From contig CAWEJO010000010.1 in assembly GCA_963809375.1 (NCBI GenBank), forward strand, positions 325,850 through 389,849: 64,000 bases of DNA. Reading direction: 5' to 3'. Both the position numbers and the translations under genes were made by a program. The notes under the pieces were generated by a model. That model did not search any database, had not been told where the DNA came from, and worked only from the letters and a program-made list of their open reading frames with translations. Position 1 is the first letter of the stretch, and each line of letters begins with the position of its first letter. The stretch comes from an uncultured Chloroflexia bacterium. GTDB taxonomy: Bacteria; Chloroflexota; Limnocylindria; Limnocylindrales; CSP1-4. This document shows, piece after piece, positions 25,528 through 35,178 of this stretch.

Positions 25528-26151
25528 TCAGCGGGCGACGCAACGGTCGCCCGTGATGTCGAACCGGGCGCCGCAGTGAGGGCAGGCGGCCTCCCCGGCG
25601 TGATCGGCTGGGATGCGGATGCCGGCGGCGTCGTGGAGTCGCCGGCCGCAGAAGCAGACCCACCCGAGGCGGCGGGCCGGGTTACCGGCGACGAGGGCGT
25701 GGTCGGGGACGTCACGGGTGACGACCGCGCCGGCGCCGACCGTCGCGAAGCGGCCGACGGTCGTGCCCGCCACCACGACCGAGCCGGCCCCGATCGCGGC
25801 GCCGCTCCGCAGCAGGATCGGGCTGACCTCCCAGTCGTCCGCCCGGGCGAGCTCGCCGGTCGCGGTGATCGCGCGTGGGAACCGGTCGTTGGTCAGGATC
25901 GCGTTCGGGCCGATGAAGACGCCGTCCTCCACGGTCACGCCGTGGTACACGAGGGCCGCGTTCTGGATCTTGACCCGGTTGCCGATCGGCACCCCGACGT
26001 CGATGAACGCGTCGCGACCGATGACGCACTCGGACCCGATGCGGGCCCCGGTCCGTACCTGCGCCCGCTGCCAGATGCTGGTGCCCGGTCCGACGCTGAC
26101 ATCGGGCTCGAGGTCGGCGGACGGATGGACGCGCGCGGCGGGATCGATCAC
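25528..26151 (-). CDS. Hexapeptide-repeat N-acetyltransferase (WbpD-like) with a Cys4 C-terminal tail
   Basis: Left-handed beta-helix repeats (IGSECVIG.., IGAGSVV..). Tail CFCG-N25-CPHCG. Confidence 0.85.
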   Translation of the reverse strand: MIDPAARVHPSADLEPDVSVGPGTSIWQRAQVRTGARIGSECVIGRDAFIDVGVPIGNRVKIQNAALVYHGVTVEDGVFIGPNAILTNDRFPRAITATGELARADDWEVSPILLRSGAAIGAGSVVVAGTTVGRFATVGAGAVVTRDVPDHALVAGNPARRLGWVCFCGRRLHDAAGIRIPADHAGEAACPHCGARFDITGDRCVAR

Positions 26152-26302
26152 GGGGTGAGGGCGCTCCTGGGGCGAGCTTCAGGCGACCGGCCGAAGCGCG
26201 GGACGAGCCGCGGCCGGGAGATCGAGTATACAGGCGAGATCCGGGCTCCTCGCCGGGCGAGCGGGCGCTCCCGGACGGCGCATCGCGGGAGTCGGCGGCC
26301 GG

Positions 26303-26782
26303 TCAGCGCCGGCTTCGGCGGAACGCCAGGCGGAGCAGGCCGGACACGAGCCCGGCCGCCACGCCGAAGGCCAGGCCCCCGCGCCAGTCGAGCAGGACGC
26401 GCGCCTCGCCGGTGATGTTCTGGGCGACGGCGATCCCGATGAACGTCCGGGGGCCGGTGGTCAGGTTCTGGGCGACCGCCGTCCGGACGAACGCCGTGTC
26501 GACGCTGACCGACTGCGCTCCCACGGCGCCGATCGAGCCGCGGCTGACGTGCGCCTCGCGCGCCACGACGCCGCCGACGCTCCCGTAGCTGCTGGTGACG
26601 GTGTCCGCGGCGACCCCGCCCACCGCGCCGAACCGGACGTTGACGTCGCGGGCGCGCACTCCTCCGATGACGCCGCGCGAAAAGACCAGCGAATCGACCT
26701 CGACGGCATTGACGGTGCCGGTCGACGGCTGGACGACGGGAGCGACCGCGACGGACGCATCGGTGACTGGACCTTCGGACAT
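26303..26782 (-). CDS. Hypothetical membrane-anchored protein with ~15-residue Gly/Val repeats
   Basis: ATG 26782. Repeats of the type FGAVGGVAADTVTS / YGSVGGVVAREAHV. C-terminal TM segment GGLAFGVAAGLVSGLL. Confidence 0.5.
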   Translation of the reverse strand: MSEGPVTDASVAVAPVVQPSTGTVNAVEVDSLVFSRGVIGGVRARDVNVRFGAVGGVAADTVTSSYGSVGGVVAREAHVSRGSIGAVGAQSVSVDTAFVRTAVAQNLTTGPRTFIGIAVAQNITGEARVLLDWRGGLAFGVAAGLVSGLLRLAFRRSRR

Positions 26783-26929
26783 TGGGGCTGCCTCTCTCGG
26801 AGCGCGGCGAATCGTGTCCGTCCAGCGTACCCGGAGTCCGCCGTCGTCGCGCGGGCATCGCGGTCCGGATCTCGGCACGGCGACCGCGGCCCGGCGGGTG
26901 GATGTCGCGGCGTGCCATCATCCGCCCTG

Positions 26930-27736
26930 ATGGCCCAGCCCCGCCCCCCGCGCTTCGACGCCTACATCTTCGACCTGGATGGCACCGTCTTCCTGGGCGA
27001 CGGGCTGCTCCCCGGCGCGGGCCAGGCGATCGCGCGGCTCCGCGCGGTGGGGCGCCGGACCGTCTTCCTCTCGAACAACCCGACCCACACGCCGGCGGAC
27101 TACGCGGCCAAGCTCACCCGGCTCGGCGTGCCGACGGTGGTTGGCGACGTCATCAACTCCTCGATCGTGATGGCCGACTTCCTGAGCGGCCTGCGCGAGC
27201 GCGAGGGCATCAACCGCCTGTTCGTGGTCGGCGAGCAGCCCCTCCTCGACGTCCTCGCGGCGGCTGGGTTCGAGCTCGTCGACGACGCCGCGTCCACCCA
27301 GGCCGTGATCGCGAGCTTCGACCGGACGTTCGCCTACCGCAAGCTCCAGGTCGCCTTCGACGCCATCCGGGCGGGCGCCCGGTTCTTCGCCACGAATGCC
27401 GACCGCTTCTGCCCGGTCCCGGGCGGCGGCGAGCCCGACGCGGCCGCGGTCATCGCGGCGATCGAGGCATGCACTTCGACGCGCTGCGAAGCGGTCGTCG
27501 GCAAGCCGTCCGCCCACATGAGCGCCGCGATCCTGCGCCTCATCGGCCTGCCCGCCGCGCGCTGCATCATCACCGGGGACCGGCTCGAGACCGACGTCGC
27601 GATGGGCCTCGAGGCTGGCATGGGGGCCGCCCTCGCGCTCACCGGGGCCACGCCGCGGGCAGCCCTCGACAGCAGCCCGATCCGCCCCGACTTCGTCGTC
27701 CGAGACCTGGGCGAGCTCCTGGAGCTGACCCTGTGA
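26930..27736 (+). CDS. HAD-IIA (NagD-like) sugar phosphatase
   Basis: Motifs YIFDLDGTV, FLSNNP, GKP, GDRLETD. Confidence 0.85.
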   Translation: MAQPRPPRFDAYIFDLDGTVFLGDGLLPGAGQAIARLRAVGRRTVFLSNNPTHTPADYAAKLTRLGVPTVVGDVINSSIVMADFLSGLREREGINRLFVVGEQPLLDVLAAAGFELVDDAASTQAVIASFDRTFAYRKLQVAFDAIRAGARFFATNADRFCPVPGGGEPDAAAVIAAIEACTSTRCEAVVGKPSAHMSAAILRLIGLPAARCIITGDRLETDVAMGLEAGMGAALALTGATPRAALDSSPIRPDFVVRDLGELLELTL

Positions 27737-29307
27737 CCGCGTCGCCGCGCCGCGGCCGGCTGCCGGTCCGCGGCCGGTCGCCAGGCCGCGGCCAGCTCAT
27801 CCTGGGGATCGACCAGGGCACCAGCGGCAGCAAGGCGATCGTCCTCGACGGGGACAGCACGATCCGGGGCGTCGGCTACCGCCCCGTCGCCCGGCTCCAC
27901 GCCCGGCCCGGCTGGGCCGAGCAGGATCCCCTGGCAATCGCGGCCGGCGTGCGCGAGGCGATCGGCGCGGCCCTGGTGGATGCCGGCTGCCGCGCGAGCG
28001 ACATCGTGGCGTGCGGGATCGCATCGCAGCGCAACACCGACTTCGTCTGGCAGGCGGGAACCGGCGAGCCGATCGCCAACGCCATCACCTGGCAGGACCT
28101 GCGGACGGACGACCTGCTCGCCGAGCTGCGGGCGCAGGACGCGCTCTGGTCGGAGAGCCTCCACCGGCTCGGACAGCGGCCGGGTCCGTACAGCGCCGCC
28201 GTCCACCTGGGCTGGCGGATGCGCAACGACCCGGCGGTGCGCGCCGCGGCCGCGGCCGGAACGCTCCGCATCGGGCTGTCGGCCGAATGGATCCTCGTCG
28301 CGCTGGGCGCCCCGCGCGAGCACGCCATGGACTTCTCGCTCGTCCAGTCGCAGAGCCTGTACGACATGCGCTCGGACGACTACTGGGAGCCCTATCTCGA
28401 CTGGCTGCAGGTGCCCCGGGCTGCCCTCGCCCAGCCGCGGCCGAGCCTCCACGACTACGGGACACTCCGGATCGAGGGGCCGGCAGGCGATGCGGCCGAC
28501 GTGCCCGTGCTCGCCATGCTCGCGGACCAGCAGGCAGCCCTCTTCGGCTACGACTGCCGGCGGCCGGGCGATGCCGAGTGCACGCACGGGACCGCGACCT
28601 ATGTCGACGTGTGCGTCGGCGACGTCGCGCCGTCGGCGGCCCGGATGCAGTCGTACTACGCGTGGGTGCTCCCGGGCGATGGGCCAGCCGCGCCGCTGCG
28701 CCGGACGTATTGCATCGAGGCCGACGCGACGGTCACCGGGGCCGTGATCGGCTGGCTGCGGGAGACCGCCCGCCTGCTCGACGACGAGCGCGACATCGGG
28801 CCCCTGGCCGGCTCGGTTGCCGATGCCGCGGGAATCGCGTTCGTGCCGGCGTTCACGGGCCTCAACGTGCCGTACCACGACAGCGCTGCGCGCGGGTCGA
28901 TCCTCGGCCTGACCCTGGGCGCCAGCCGCGCGCACATCGCCCGGGCGTTCCTCGACGCGATCGGCTTCCAGGTCCGGGCGATCCTGGACGAGGTGGTGGC
29001 CGAGACCGGCGTGGCGATCGGGCAGCTCAAGGTCGGCGGCGGGGTCAGCGCCAGCGACGTCGCCTGCCAGGTCCAGGCCGACTGGCTCGGGATCCCGGTC
29101 GCCCGACCCGCCTCGACGGACACCACGCCCCGGGCGGCGGCCCTGCTGGCAGGCATCGGAGCCGGGATCTGGGCGTCGCCGGAGGTCCTGCCGCCACTCC
29201 CCGGGACGACCACGATCTTCGAGCCGCGCCTCGACGCGGCGGCGCGCGACGACGGGTACTCCCGCTGGCAGCGAGCCGTGGCCGCGGTCCGCGGCTACCA
29301 CGGCTGA
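27733..29307 (+). CDS. FGGY-family carbohydrate kinase (glycerol-kinase-like)
   Basis: GTG 27733 (GTGA overlap). Motifs ILGIDQGTSGSK, GWAEQDP, VGGGVS. Confidence 0.85.
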   Translation: MTASPRRGRLPVRGRSPGRGQLILGIDQGTSGSKAIVLDGDSTIRGVGYRPVARLHARPGWAEQDPLAIAAGVREAIGAALVDAGCRASDIVACGIASQRNTDFVWQAGTGEPIANAITWQDLRTDDLLAELRAQDALWSESLHRLGQRPGPYSAAVHLGWRMRNDPAVRAAAAAGTLRIGLSAEWILVALGAPREHAMDFSLVQSQSLYDMRSDDYWEPYLDWLQVPRAALAQPRPSLHDYGTLRIEGPAGDAADVPVLAMLADQQAALFGYDCRRPGDAECTHGTATYVDVCVGDVAPSAARMQSYYAWVLPGDGPAAPLRRTYCIEADATVTGAVIGWLRETARLLDDERDIGPLAGSVADAAGIAFVPAFTGLNVPYHDSAARGSILGLTLGASRAHIARAFLDAIGFQVRAILDEVVAETGVAIGQLKVGGGVSASDVACQVQADWLGIPVARPASTDTTPRAAALLAGIGAGIWASPEVLPPLPGTTTIFEPRLDAAARDDGYSRWQRAVAAVRGYHG

Positions 29308-29317
29308 GGAGGAGGCG

Positions 29318-31390
29318 ATGCGCCTGGGGGTCTGCTACTACCCGGAGCACTGGCCCGAGGCGCGCTGGGCGATCGACGCGGCCATGATGCGCGACCTCGG
29401 CCTCGAGATCGTCCGGATCGCCGAGTTCGCCTGGGCGAAGCTCGAGCCGGCGCCCGGCCGGTTCGAGTTCGGCTGGCTGGATCGCGCGATCGACGTGCTG
29501 GCGAGCGCCGGCCTCGAGGTCGTCCTTGGCACGCCGACCGTCTGCCCGCCCGCCTGGATGATCCGGGCCGACCCGACGATCCTGCCCGTCGACGCGGAGG
29601 GGCGCCGGCGCAGGCTCGGCGGGCGGCGCCACTACTGCCCGAACAGCGCCGCCTACCGCGAGCACGCGCGCCGGATCGTGACCGCCCTGGCCGAGCGCTA
29701 CGGCCGCGACCCGCGGGTGATCGGCTGGCAGATCGACAACGAGCTCGGCGGCGGCGGCACGGGGCGGTGCTACTGCCCGTCGTGCGAGGTCGCGTTCCGC
29801 GACTGGCTGCGAGCCCGCTACGGGACCCTCGAACATCTCAACGAGGCGTGGGCCACCGTCTTCTGGTCGCAGACGTACACGGCGTGGGAGGAGATCGCGG
29901 CGCCGATCCTCCAGCTCAACCAGGCGAACCCGAGCCACGCCCTGGACTACCGGCGGTTCTCGTCGGATTCGATCGTGGCGTTCGAGCGGCTGCAGGTGGA
30001 GATCCTGCGCTCCGCCGCGGCGGGGCACTGGGTGACGACCAACCTGATGGGTCTCTTCGCCGACCTCGACCACCACGACCTGGCGGCGGACCTCGACTTC
30101 GCGACGTGGGACAGCTACCCGACCGGCAACCTCGAGCGCTGGGAAGGCGCGTGCTACGGCGACGAGCCGAGCCCGCCCGGCGGACGACCGTACGCCTACG
30201 ACGTCGGCGACCCGTACGTCACGGGCCTGGCGCACGAGCTCACCCGCGGTCTCCGCAACCGCCCGTTCTGGGTCATGGAGCAGCAGCCCGGCCCGATCAA
30301 CTGGGGCCGGTTCAACCCGGCACCGCGGGACGGGACCGTCCGCCTCTGGACGTGGCACGCGCTCGCCGCCGGGGCCGACACGTGCGTCTACTTCCGCTGG
30401 CGCGCCTGCCTGTTCGCCCAGGAGCAGTACCACGCCGGCCTGCTCCACCATGACGCGAGCCCCGCCCCCGGGTACCGGGAGGTCGGCCGGCTGGCCGGCG
30501 AGCGCGAGGCGATGGCTCGCGTCGTCGCGACGCCGGCGGTCCCGCGGGTCGCCCTGCTGTTCGACTACGACGACCTGTGGGCGATCGAGCTCCAGCCCCA
30601 CCGCCGGGACTTCTCGTACCTGCGCCTCGCGTTCGCGTGGTACCGCGGGCTGGCGCGCCTGGGCATCGCGGTGGACATCGTTCCGGTCCGGGCGGCACGG
30701 CGCCATGCGACGGGCCAGCGGCCGCTGGCCGACTACGCGATCGTCGTGGCGCCGACCCTGCACCTCGCCGATGCGGCCGAGGCGGCCGAGCTCGCCGACT
30801 GGGTCCGGGCGGGTGGCACGCTCCTGCTCGGCGTGCGCAGCGGGATGAAGACGACCTCGAACCGCGTCACCTCCGCGCCCCTGCCGGGCGACTTCCGCGA
30901 CCTGGTGGGCGCCACGGTGACCGACTGGCACGGGCTCCCGCCCGGCGTCGAGTACCCGCTGGCATGGCCAGTCGATGGGGCGGCGGCCGCCACCGGCGGC
31001 CCCGGGCTCGACGCGAGCGCGACGGTCTGGGCAGAGGCGCTGGCCCCGATCGACGGCGCCGGGGCTGCGGTCGCGGCCCGCTACGCCGACGGCCCGCTGG
31101 CGGGCGCCGTCGCGATCACGGACCGGCAGGTCGGCGCGGGCAGGGCCGTCTACGTCGGCGTCCACCCGACGGTGTCGCTGGCGATGGGGCTCCTCCGCGA
31201 CGCGGCCGTCTGGGCCGGCGTCGCCGGGCTCGCCATGGACGCGCCGGACGGGTTGCCCGACGGCCTCGTCGCGTACCGGCGCGGCGCCGAGATCGTCGCG
31301 CTCAACTTCACGGACGCGACCGTCGGGACGACCCTGGCCGGGTCGAGCGTGATCGTCGCGCCGCGGGACGTGGCGATCGTCCCGGGCTGA
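29318..31390 (+). CDS. GH42-family beta-galactosidase
   Basis: 690-aa intact ORF. Motifs GVCYYPEHW, WQIDNE and a CxxC zinc motif CYCPSC. Confidence 0.9.
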   Translation: MRLGVCYYPEHWPEARWAIDAAMMRDLGLEIVRIAEFAWAKLEPAPGRFEFGWLDRAIDVLASAGLEVVLGTPTVCPPAWMIRADPTILPVDAEGRRRRLGGRRHYCPNSAAYREHARRIVTALAERYGRDPRVIGWQIDNELGGGGTGRCYCPSCEVAFRDWLRARYGTLEHLNEAWATVFWSQTYTAWEEIAAPILQLNQANPSHALDYRRFSSDSIVAFERLQVEILRSAAAGHWVTTNLMGLFADLDHHDLAADLDFATWDSYPTGNLERWEGACYGDEPSPPGGRPYAYDVGDPYVTGLAHELTRGLRNRPFWVMEQQPGPINWGRFNPAPRDGTVRLWTWHALAAGADTCVYFRWRACLFAQEQYHAGLLHHDASPAPGYREVGRLAGEREAMARVVATPAVPRVALLFDYDDLWAIELQPHRRDFSYLRLAFAWYRGLARLGIAVDIVPVRAARRHATGQRPLADYAIVVAPTLHLADAAEAAELADWVRAGGTLLLGVRSGMKTTSNRVTSAPLPGDFRDLVGATVTDWHGLPPGVEYPLAWPVDGAAAATGGPGLDASATVWAEALAPIDGAGAAVAARYADGPLAGAVAITDRQVGAGRAVYVGVHPTVSLAMGLLRDAAVWAGVAGLAMDAPDGLPDGLVAYRRGAEIVALNFTDATVGTTLAGSSVIVAPRDVAIVPG

Positions 31391-31444
31391 CCGCCGCCCG
31401 CGCGGGCCCACCGCGCCGTCGCGCGCCCGGCTGGGCGACGCCGT

Positions 31445-32668
31445 ATGCTCCGGAGGATGCGTCGCGTCGCGTACGGTCTGCTCCTCGCGGCGGCTCTTGC
31501 CACCGGCATGCTGGCCGCCGTCCTCACGTCCACTCGGTCCGCCAGTCCGGTCGGCTCTGCCGGCAGCCCTGCGCCGGGCGCGACCGGCTCGCCCGGAAGC
31601 CCGGTCGGCGGTCTCACGGGGACGCCGAACCCGTCGGCGGGGGCCGCCAGTCCCTCCGCCGAGCCCAGCCCGACCCCGGTCCCGACGCCCGTCACGGCGA
31701 TCTCACCGCTCACCGGGCTGCCCGTGGCGCCCGCGCTTGCGAAGCGCCACCCGATCGCGGTCATGGTCGATGACCACTGGGACGCCCGGCCGCAGTCCGG
31801 CTTCAACCAGGCGGCGATCGTCTGGCACGCGCCGGCGGAAGGCGGCATCCCGCGCTACATGATGGTCTTCGAGGACGGCAGCCCCACAGCCGTCGGCCCC
31901 GTCCGCAGCTCCCGCCTCTACTTCCTGCAGTGGGCCGCCGAGTACCGAGCCGTCTACGCCCACGCCGGCGGGTCGCCCCAGGCGATGGCCGCCCTCAAGC
32001 GGTACGGGAGCGGCCAGCTCGTGTACAACGCCGAGGACTTCCGCTGGGAGCGCATCTACTTCTGGCGGATCCCCGAGCGCGCCTCCCCCCACAACCTGTA
32101 CACCGACTACAAGCATCTGCGCGCCCTCGGGAAGCGGCTCGGCGCCAAGGACACGCTGCGCAGCCCGATCTGGACGTTCGCCCCGGACGCCCCGCTCGAC
32201 GCCCGGCCGACCGGCGGGCGCATCGACGTGAGATATCAGGCGAACGCCATCACCTACCGCTACGACCGCAAGACCAACACCTACCTCCGGTACACCGGCG
32301 GCAAGCTCGAGGTCGACGCGGCCGACAAGCACCGGGTGGCGCCCAAGAACGTGGTGGTCATGGTGGTCCGGTTCGGGCCGCTGAACGACGGCCACCCGCA
32401 GAAGGGCCGCCTGGAGGCTGCGAACATCGGCAGCGGGCGGGTGTGGGTCTCGACGAACGGCGTCACCGTCCGGGGCACCTGGCGCAAGACGGGCGTGAAG
32501 GCCCCGACCCAGTTCTACGACGCGAAGGGCAACCCCATCGCGCTCACGGCGGGCCAGACGTTCATCCAGGTCGTCCCCAAGGCCTCGGACGTCAAGTTCA
32601 CGCCGGGCAAGCGGCCCGCGGCATCGCCGACGCCATCCCTCTCGCCGGTCGCGTCGCCGTCACCCTGA
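31445..32668 (+). CDS. DUF3048 (YerB-like) secreted/lipoprotein-type protein
   Basis: Signal/TM segment, Pro/Ser linker, then SPLTG..RHPIAVMVDDHWDARPQSG..EGGIPRYMMVF. Confidence 0.8.
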   Translation: MLRRMRRVAYGLLLAAALATGMLAAVLTSTRSASPVGSAGSPAPGATGSPGSPVGGLTGTPNPSAGAASPSAEPSPTPVPTPVTAISPLTGLPVAPALAKRHPIAVMVDDHWDARPQSGFNQAAIVWHAPAEGGIPRYMMVFEDGSPTAVGPVRSSRLYFLQWAAEYRAVYAHAGGSPQAMAALKRYGSGQLVYNAEDFRWERIYFWRIPERASPHNLYTDYKHLRALGKRLGAKDTLRSPIWTFAPDAPLDARPTGGRIDVRYQANAITYRYDRKTNTYLRYTGGKLEVDAADKHRVAPKNVVVMVVRFGPLNDGHPQKGRLEAANIGSGRVWVSTNGVTVRGTWRKTGVKAPTQFYDAKGNPIALTAGQTFIQVVPKASDVKFTPGKRPAASPTPSLSPVASPSP

Positions 32669-32714
32669 CGCAGTCCCGGCGGCCCGGCGGCGCCGGTGGG
32701 CCCGAGCCGGCGCT

Positions 32715-34031
32715 TCAGCCGCCGACGACCTCTGGCACTGCCGGGACGTCCACGGGCGCGAACACCGATGCGTAGACGGCGCGCGTGTCCGCCGCCACGT
32801 CGGCCCACGTCCTCCTCCCCGGCGCGGCGGCCGCGGACGCGGCCTGGGCGATCGCCCGGTGGACGCGCTCCTCGGCCCAGGCCGCCCGCAGGGCGATCGC
32901 CAGCCGGTCGGGATCGCGCGGCTCGACCAGGAGACCCGCGCTCCCCACCACGTCGGGGAGCGCGCCGATCGCGCTTGCGACCACCGGAGCGCCCGCGGCG
33001 AGGGCGTCCAGCGCCGCCAGCCCCGTCGCGTCGGCGAGCACCGGGAGGATGGCCGCCCGCGCCCCTGCGATCAGCAGGGCGACCCGGTCACGGGAGACGC
33101 CGGGGGCGTAGACCAGGCACTCGCCCAGGCCGGCCGCCGCGGCCTCGCGGGCCAGCGACGCACGATCGTCGGGCGTGGCGTTGACGAGCAGGATCTTCGG
33201 CGGCCAGGCGACTGCCTTCGCCAGGCGGGCCGGGCGGCCCGCGGCGGCCAGCCGGGCGAGCGCCTCGAGGAGCGTCCCGATGTCCTGGCGCGCGTCGAAG
33301 CGACCCGCATAGACGAAGTAGCGCTCGGGCAGGCCGAAGTGCTCGCGGTCCGCGGCGAGCGTCGCCCGGGCGGCGTCGCCGTCGGGCGTCCCCGGCGGAG
33401 GCAGCGGCGCGAAGTCGTCTGCCCCGGCCAGCGGCACGATCCGGATCCGCCCCGCCCGCAGGTGGAGCAGGCGCGTCGCGGCCCGGGCGATCGCCGGCGA
33501 GGCGACCATGACCGCCTCGGCGTCGCGCAGCAGCTGGGCTCGCAGGCGGTGGCCGAATCGCGACGCCGGCGTCCGCTGGTACTGCTCGGGAAGCTCCCAT
33601 GGCGCGAGGTCCAGGAGGGTGGCCACCACGGGCAGAGCGGGCCCGATCGGGACGGCCCCGCCGACGGCGTGGGCCAGGATGCCCGCGCCGCCGGACTTGC
33701 GGACGCCGCGTCGCGTTCCGAGCACGGCGCCGCGCATGAAGAACGAGTCCAGGGTGAGCGCGCTCGATCGGAACAGCCGCGTCGCGGGCAGCCAGCGGCG
33801 GCCCGCCAGCGCCAGGCCCTCGATGTCGGTCGTCGGATCGTCCATCCCCGCCTGGAGGAACGGGACGATCGATTCGCCCGCCAGCGGGGCGGCGGCGTAG
33901 GCGCGAAGAAGGCGGCGCAGGTACTCGGCCGTCACGGGCCCCCGATCCGGGTCCTGCAGGGGCCGGACGTCGAGAAGGACCCGGACTCCAGGTGGCGGGC
34001 CCGGCAGAGCCCTGCCCTCGCCGAGGATCAC
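32715..34031 (-). CDS. Glycosyltransferase (GT-B, GT1/GT4-like)
   Basis: 438-aa ORF. Its GTG overlaps the upstream stop. C-terminal GLAALDALAAGAPVV pattern. Confidence 0.78.
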   Translation of the reverse strand: MILGEGRALPGPPPGVRVLLDVRPLQDPDRGPVTAEYLRRLLRAYAAAPLAGESIVPFLQAGMDDPTTDIEGLALAGRRWLPATRLFRSSALTLDSFFMRGAVLGTRRGVRKSGGAGILAHAVGGAVPIGPALPVVATLLDLAPWELPEQYQRTPASRFGHRLRAQLLRDAEAVMVASPAIARAATRLLHLRAGRIRIVPLAGADDFAPLPPPGTPDGDAARATLAADREHFGLPERYFVYAGRFDARQDIGTLLEALARLAAAGRPARLAKAVAWPPKILLVNATPDDRASLAREAAAAGLGECLVYAPGVSRDRVALLIAGARAAILPVLADATGLAALDALAAGAPVVASAIGALPDVVGSAGLLVEPRDPDRLAIALRAAWAEERVHRAIAQAASAAAAPGRRTWADVAADTRAVYASVFAPVDVPAVPEVVGG

Positions 34032-35050
34032 GCGCCGGCCTCGCCGTCGGGCGACGCCCCGCCGTCCGCGTCGCCGGACGCCCCGGCGTTCGCGTCGCTG
34101 GGGCCGGCAAGCCCTGGTGAGTGGTCGAGGCGGGCGGGCACTGGGGATTCGTCCCGGCCGCCAGGCCCTGGCAATTCGTCCCGGCCGCCAGGCCCTGGCG
34201 CGTGCTCGTGGCCGGAGAGCCTTCGCGCTTCGACGGCCGCAGCCTGGTCGGCGCCGGGAGCGGCTCGCCTGGGCCCGCGTCCCCGGAGCTCCTCCCAGCG
34301 CAGGCGCACGACCACCGTGAGCGCCTCCGCGACGATCCGGCGGCTCATCTTCGACTGGCCGACGCGGCGATCGCGGAACGTGATCGGCACCTCACGGATC
34401 CTCGCCCCGGCACGATGCGCCCGGTACGTCATCTCGATCTGGAACACGTAGCCGCCGGCGTGGACCCCGGCGAAGTCGATCGCGGCGAGGCTCGTCGCGC
34501 GCCAGGCCTTGAACCCGCCGGTGAGGTCGTGCGGGGGCAGCCGGAGCACGATCCGGGCGAACGTGCTGCCGCCCCGCGAGATGATGCGGCGGCCGATGCC
34601 CCAGTCGACCGTTCCGCCGCCGGCCACGTAGCGCGACCCGATGACGAGGTCGGCCGCGCCGTCCTCGAGCGGCGCGAGGAGCGCCGGCAGCGATTCCGGG
34701 TCGTGCGACCAGTCGGCGTCGCTCTGGACCACTGCCCGGGCGCCAGCCGCGAGCGCGGCGCGGAACCCGTCGAGGTATGCCCGTCCGAGGCCGGTCTTGG
34801 CCTTCCGGTGGAGCACCCGAATGCGCGGATCCGCTGCGGCGAGCTCGTCGGCGATCGCTCCGGTCCCGTCAGGCGACGCGTCGTCCACGATCAGCAGGGT
34901 GGCGCCGGGGACGGCGGCGAGGATCGCGCCGCTGATCGGGCCGACGTTCTCGGCCTCGTTGTAGGTCGGCATGACGATCCACGCGCCGGTCGCGGCCGGG
35001 CGCGCAGCCGGCAGGTCCTCCGAGGGCGTGGGAGCGGGTGCGACGATCAT
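34028..35050 (-). CDS. Polyprenol-phosphate mannosyltransferase (GT2, Ppm1/DPM1-like) with a low-complexity C-terminal tail
   Basis: Motifs VMPTYNEAEN, IVDDASPDGT, QSDADWSH. The tail contains the duplicated PGPGGRDE. Confidence 0.88.
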   Translation of the reverse strand: MIVAPAPTPSEDLPAARPAATGAWIVMPTYNEAENVGPISGAILAAVPGATLLIVDDASPDGTGAIADELAAADPRIRVLHRKAKTGLGRAYLDGFRAALAAGARAVVQSDADWSHDPESLPALLAPLEDGAADLVIGSRYVAGGGTVDWGIGRRIISRGGSTFARIVLRLPPHDLTGGFKAWRATSLAAIDFAGVHAGGYVFQIEMTYRAHRAGARIREVPITFRDRRVGQSKMSRRIVAEALTVVVRLRWEELRGRGPRRAAPGADQAAAVEARRLSGHEHAPGPGGRDELPGPGGRDESPVPARLDHSPGLAGPSDANAGASGDADGGASPDGEAGA

Positions 35051-35178
35051 CGGTTGCTCCTACGTCAAGCCGCGGCGGCCAGGGGGTTCAGCCGGGCTGC
35101 CCGTCGGGCGCGTGGCACTCAACGGAGTGTAGACGAGCGGGGCTGCCCGATCGACGCACATGGCCCACCGGGCGGCGG

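Noticed and set aside
25515-25715. N-terminal 67 codons of ORF 24408..25715 (aminotransferase).
   Set aside because: This part is Ser/Pro/Thr/Ala-rich and fully overlaps the 3' end of the acetyltransferase CDS. A TTG with a GGAGG ribosome-binding site at 25514 gives a normal DegT N-terminus (LIPISRPDIG).
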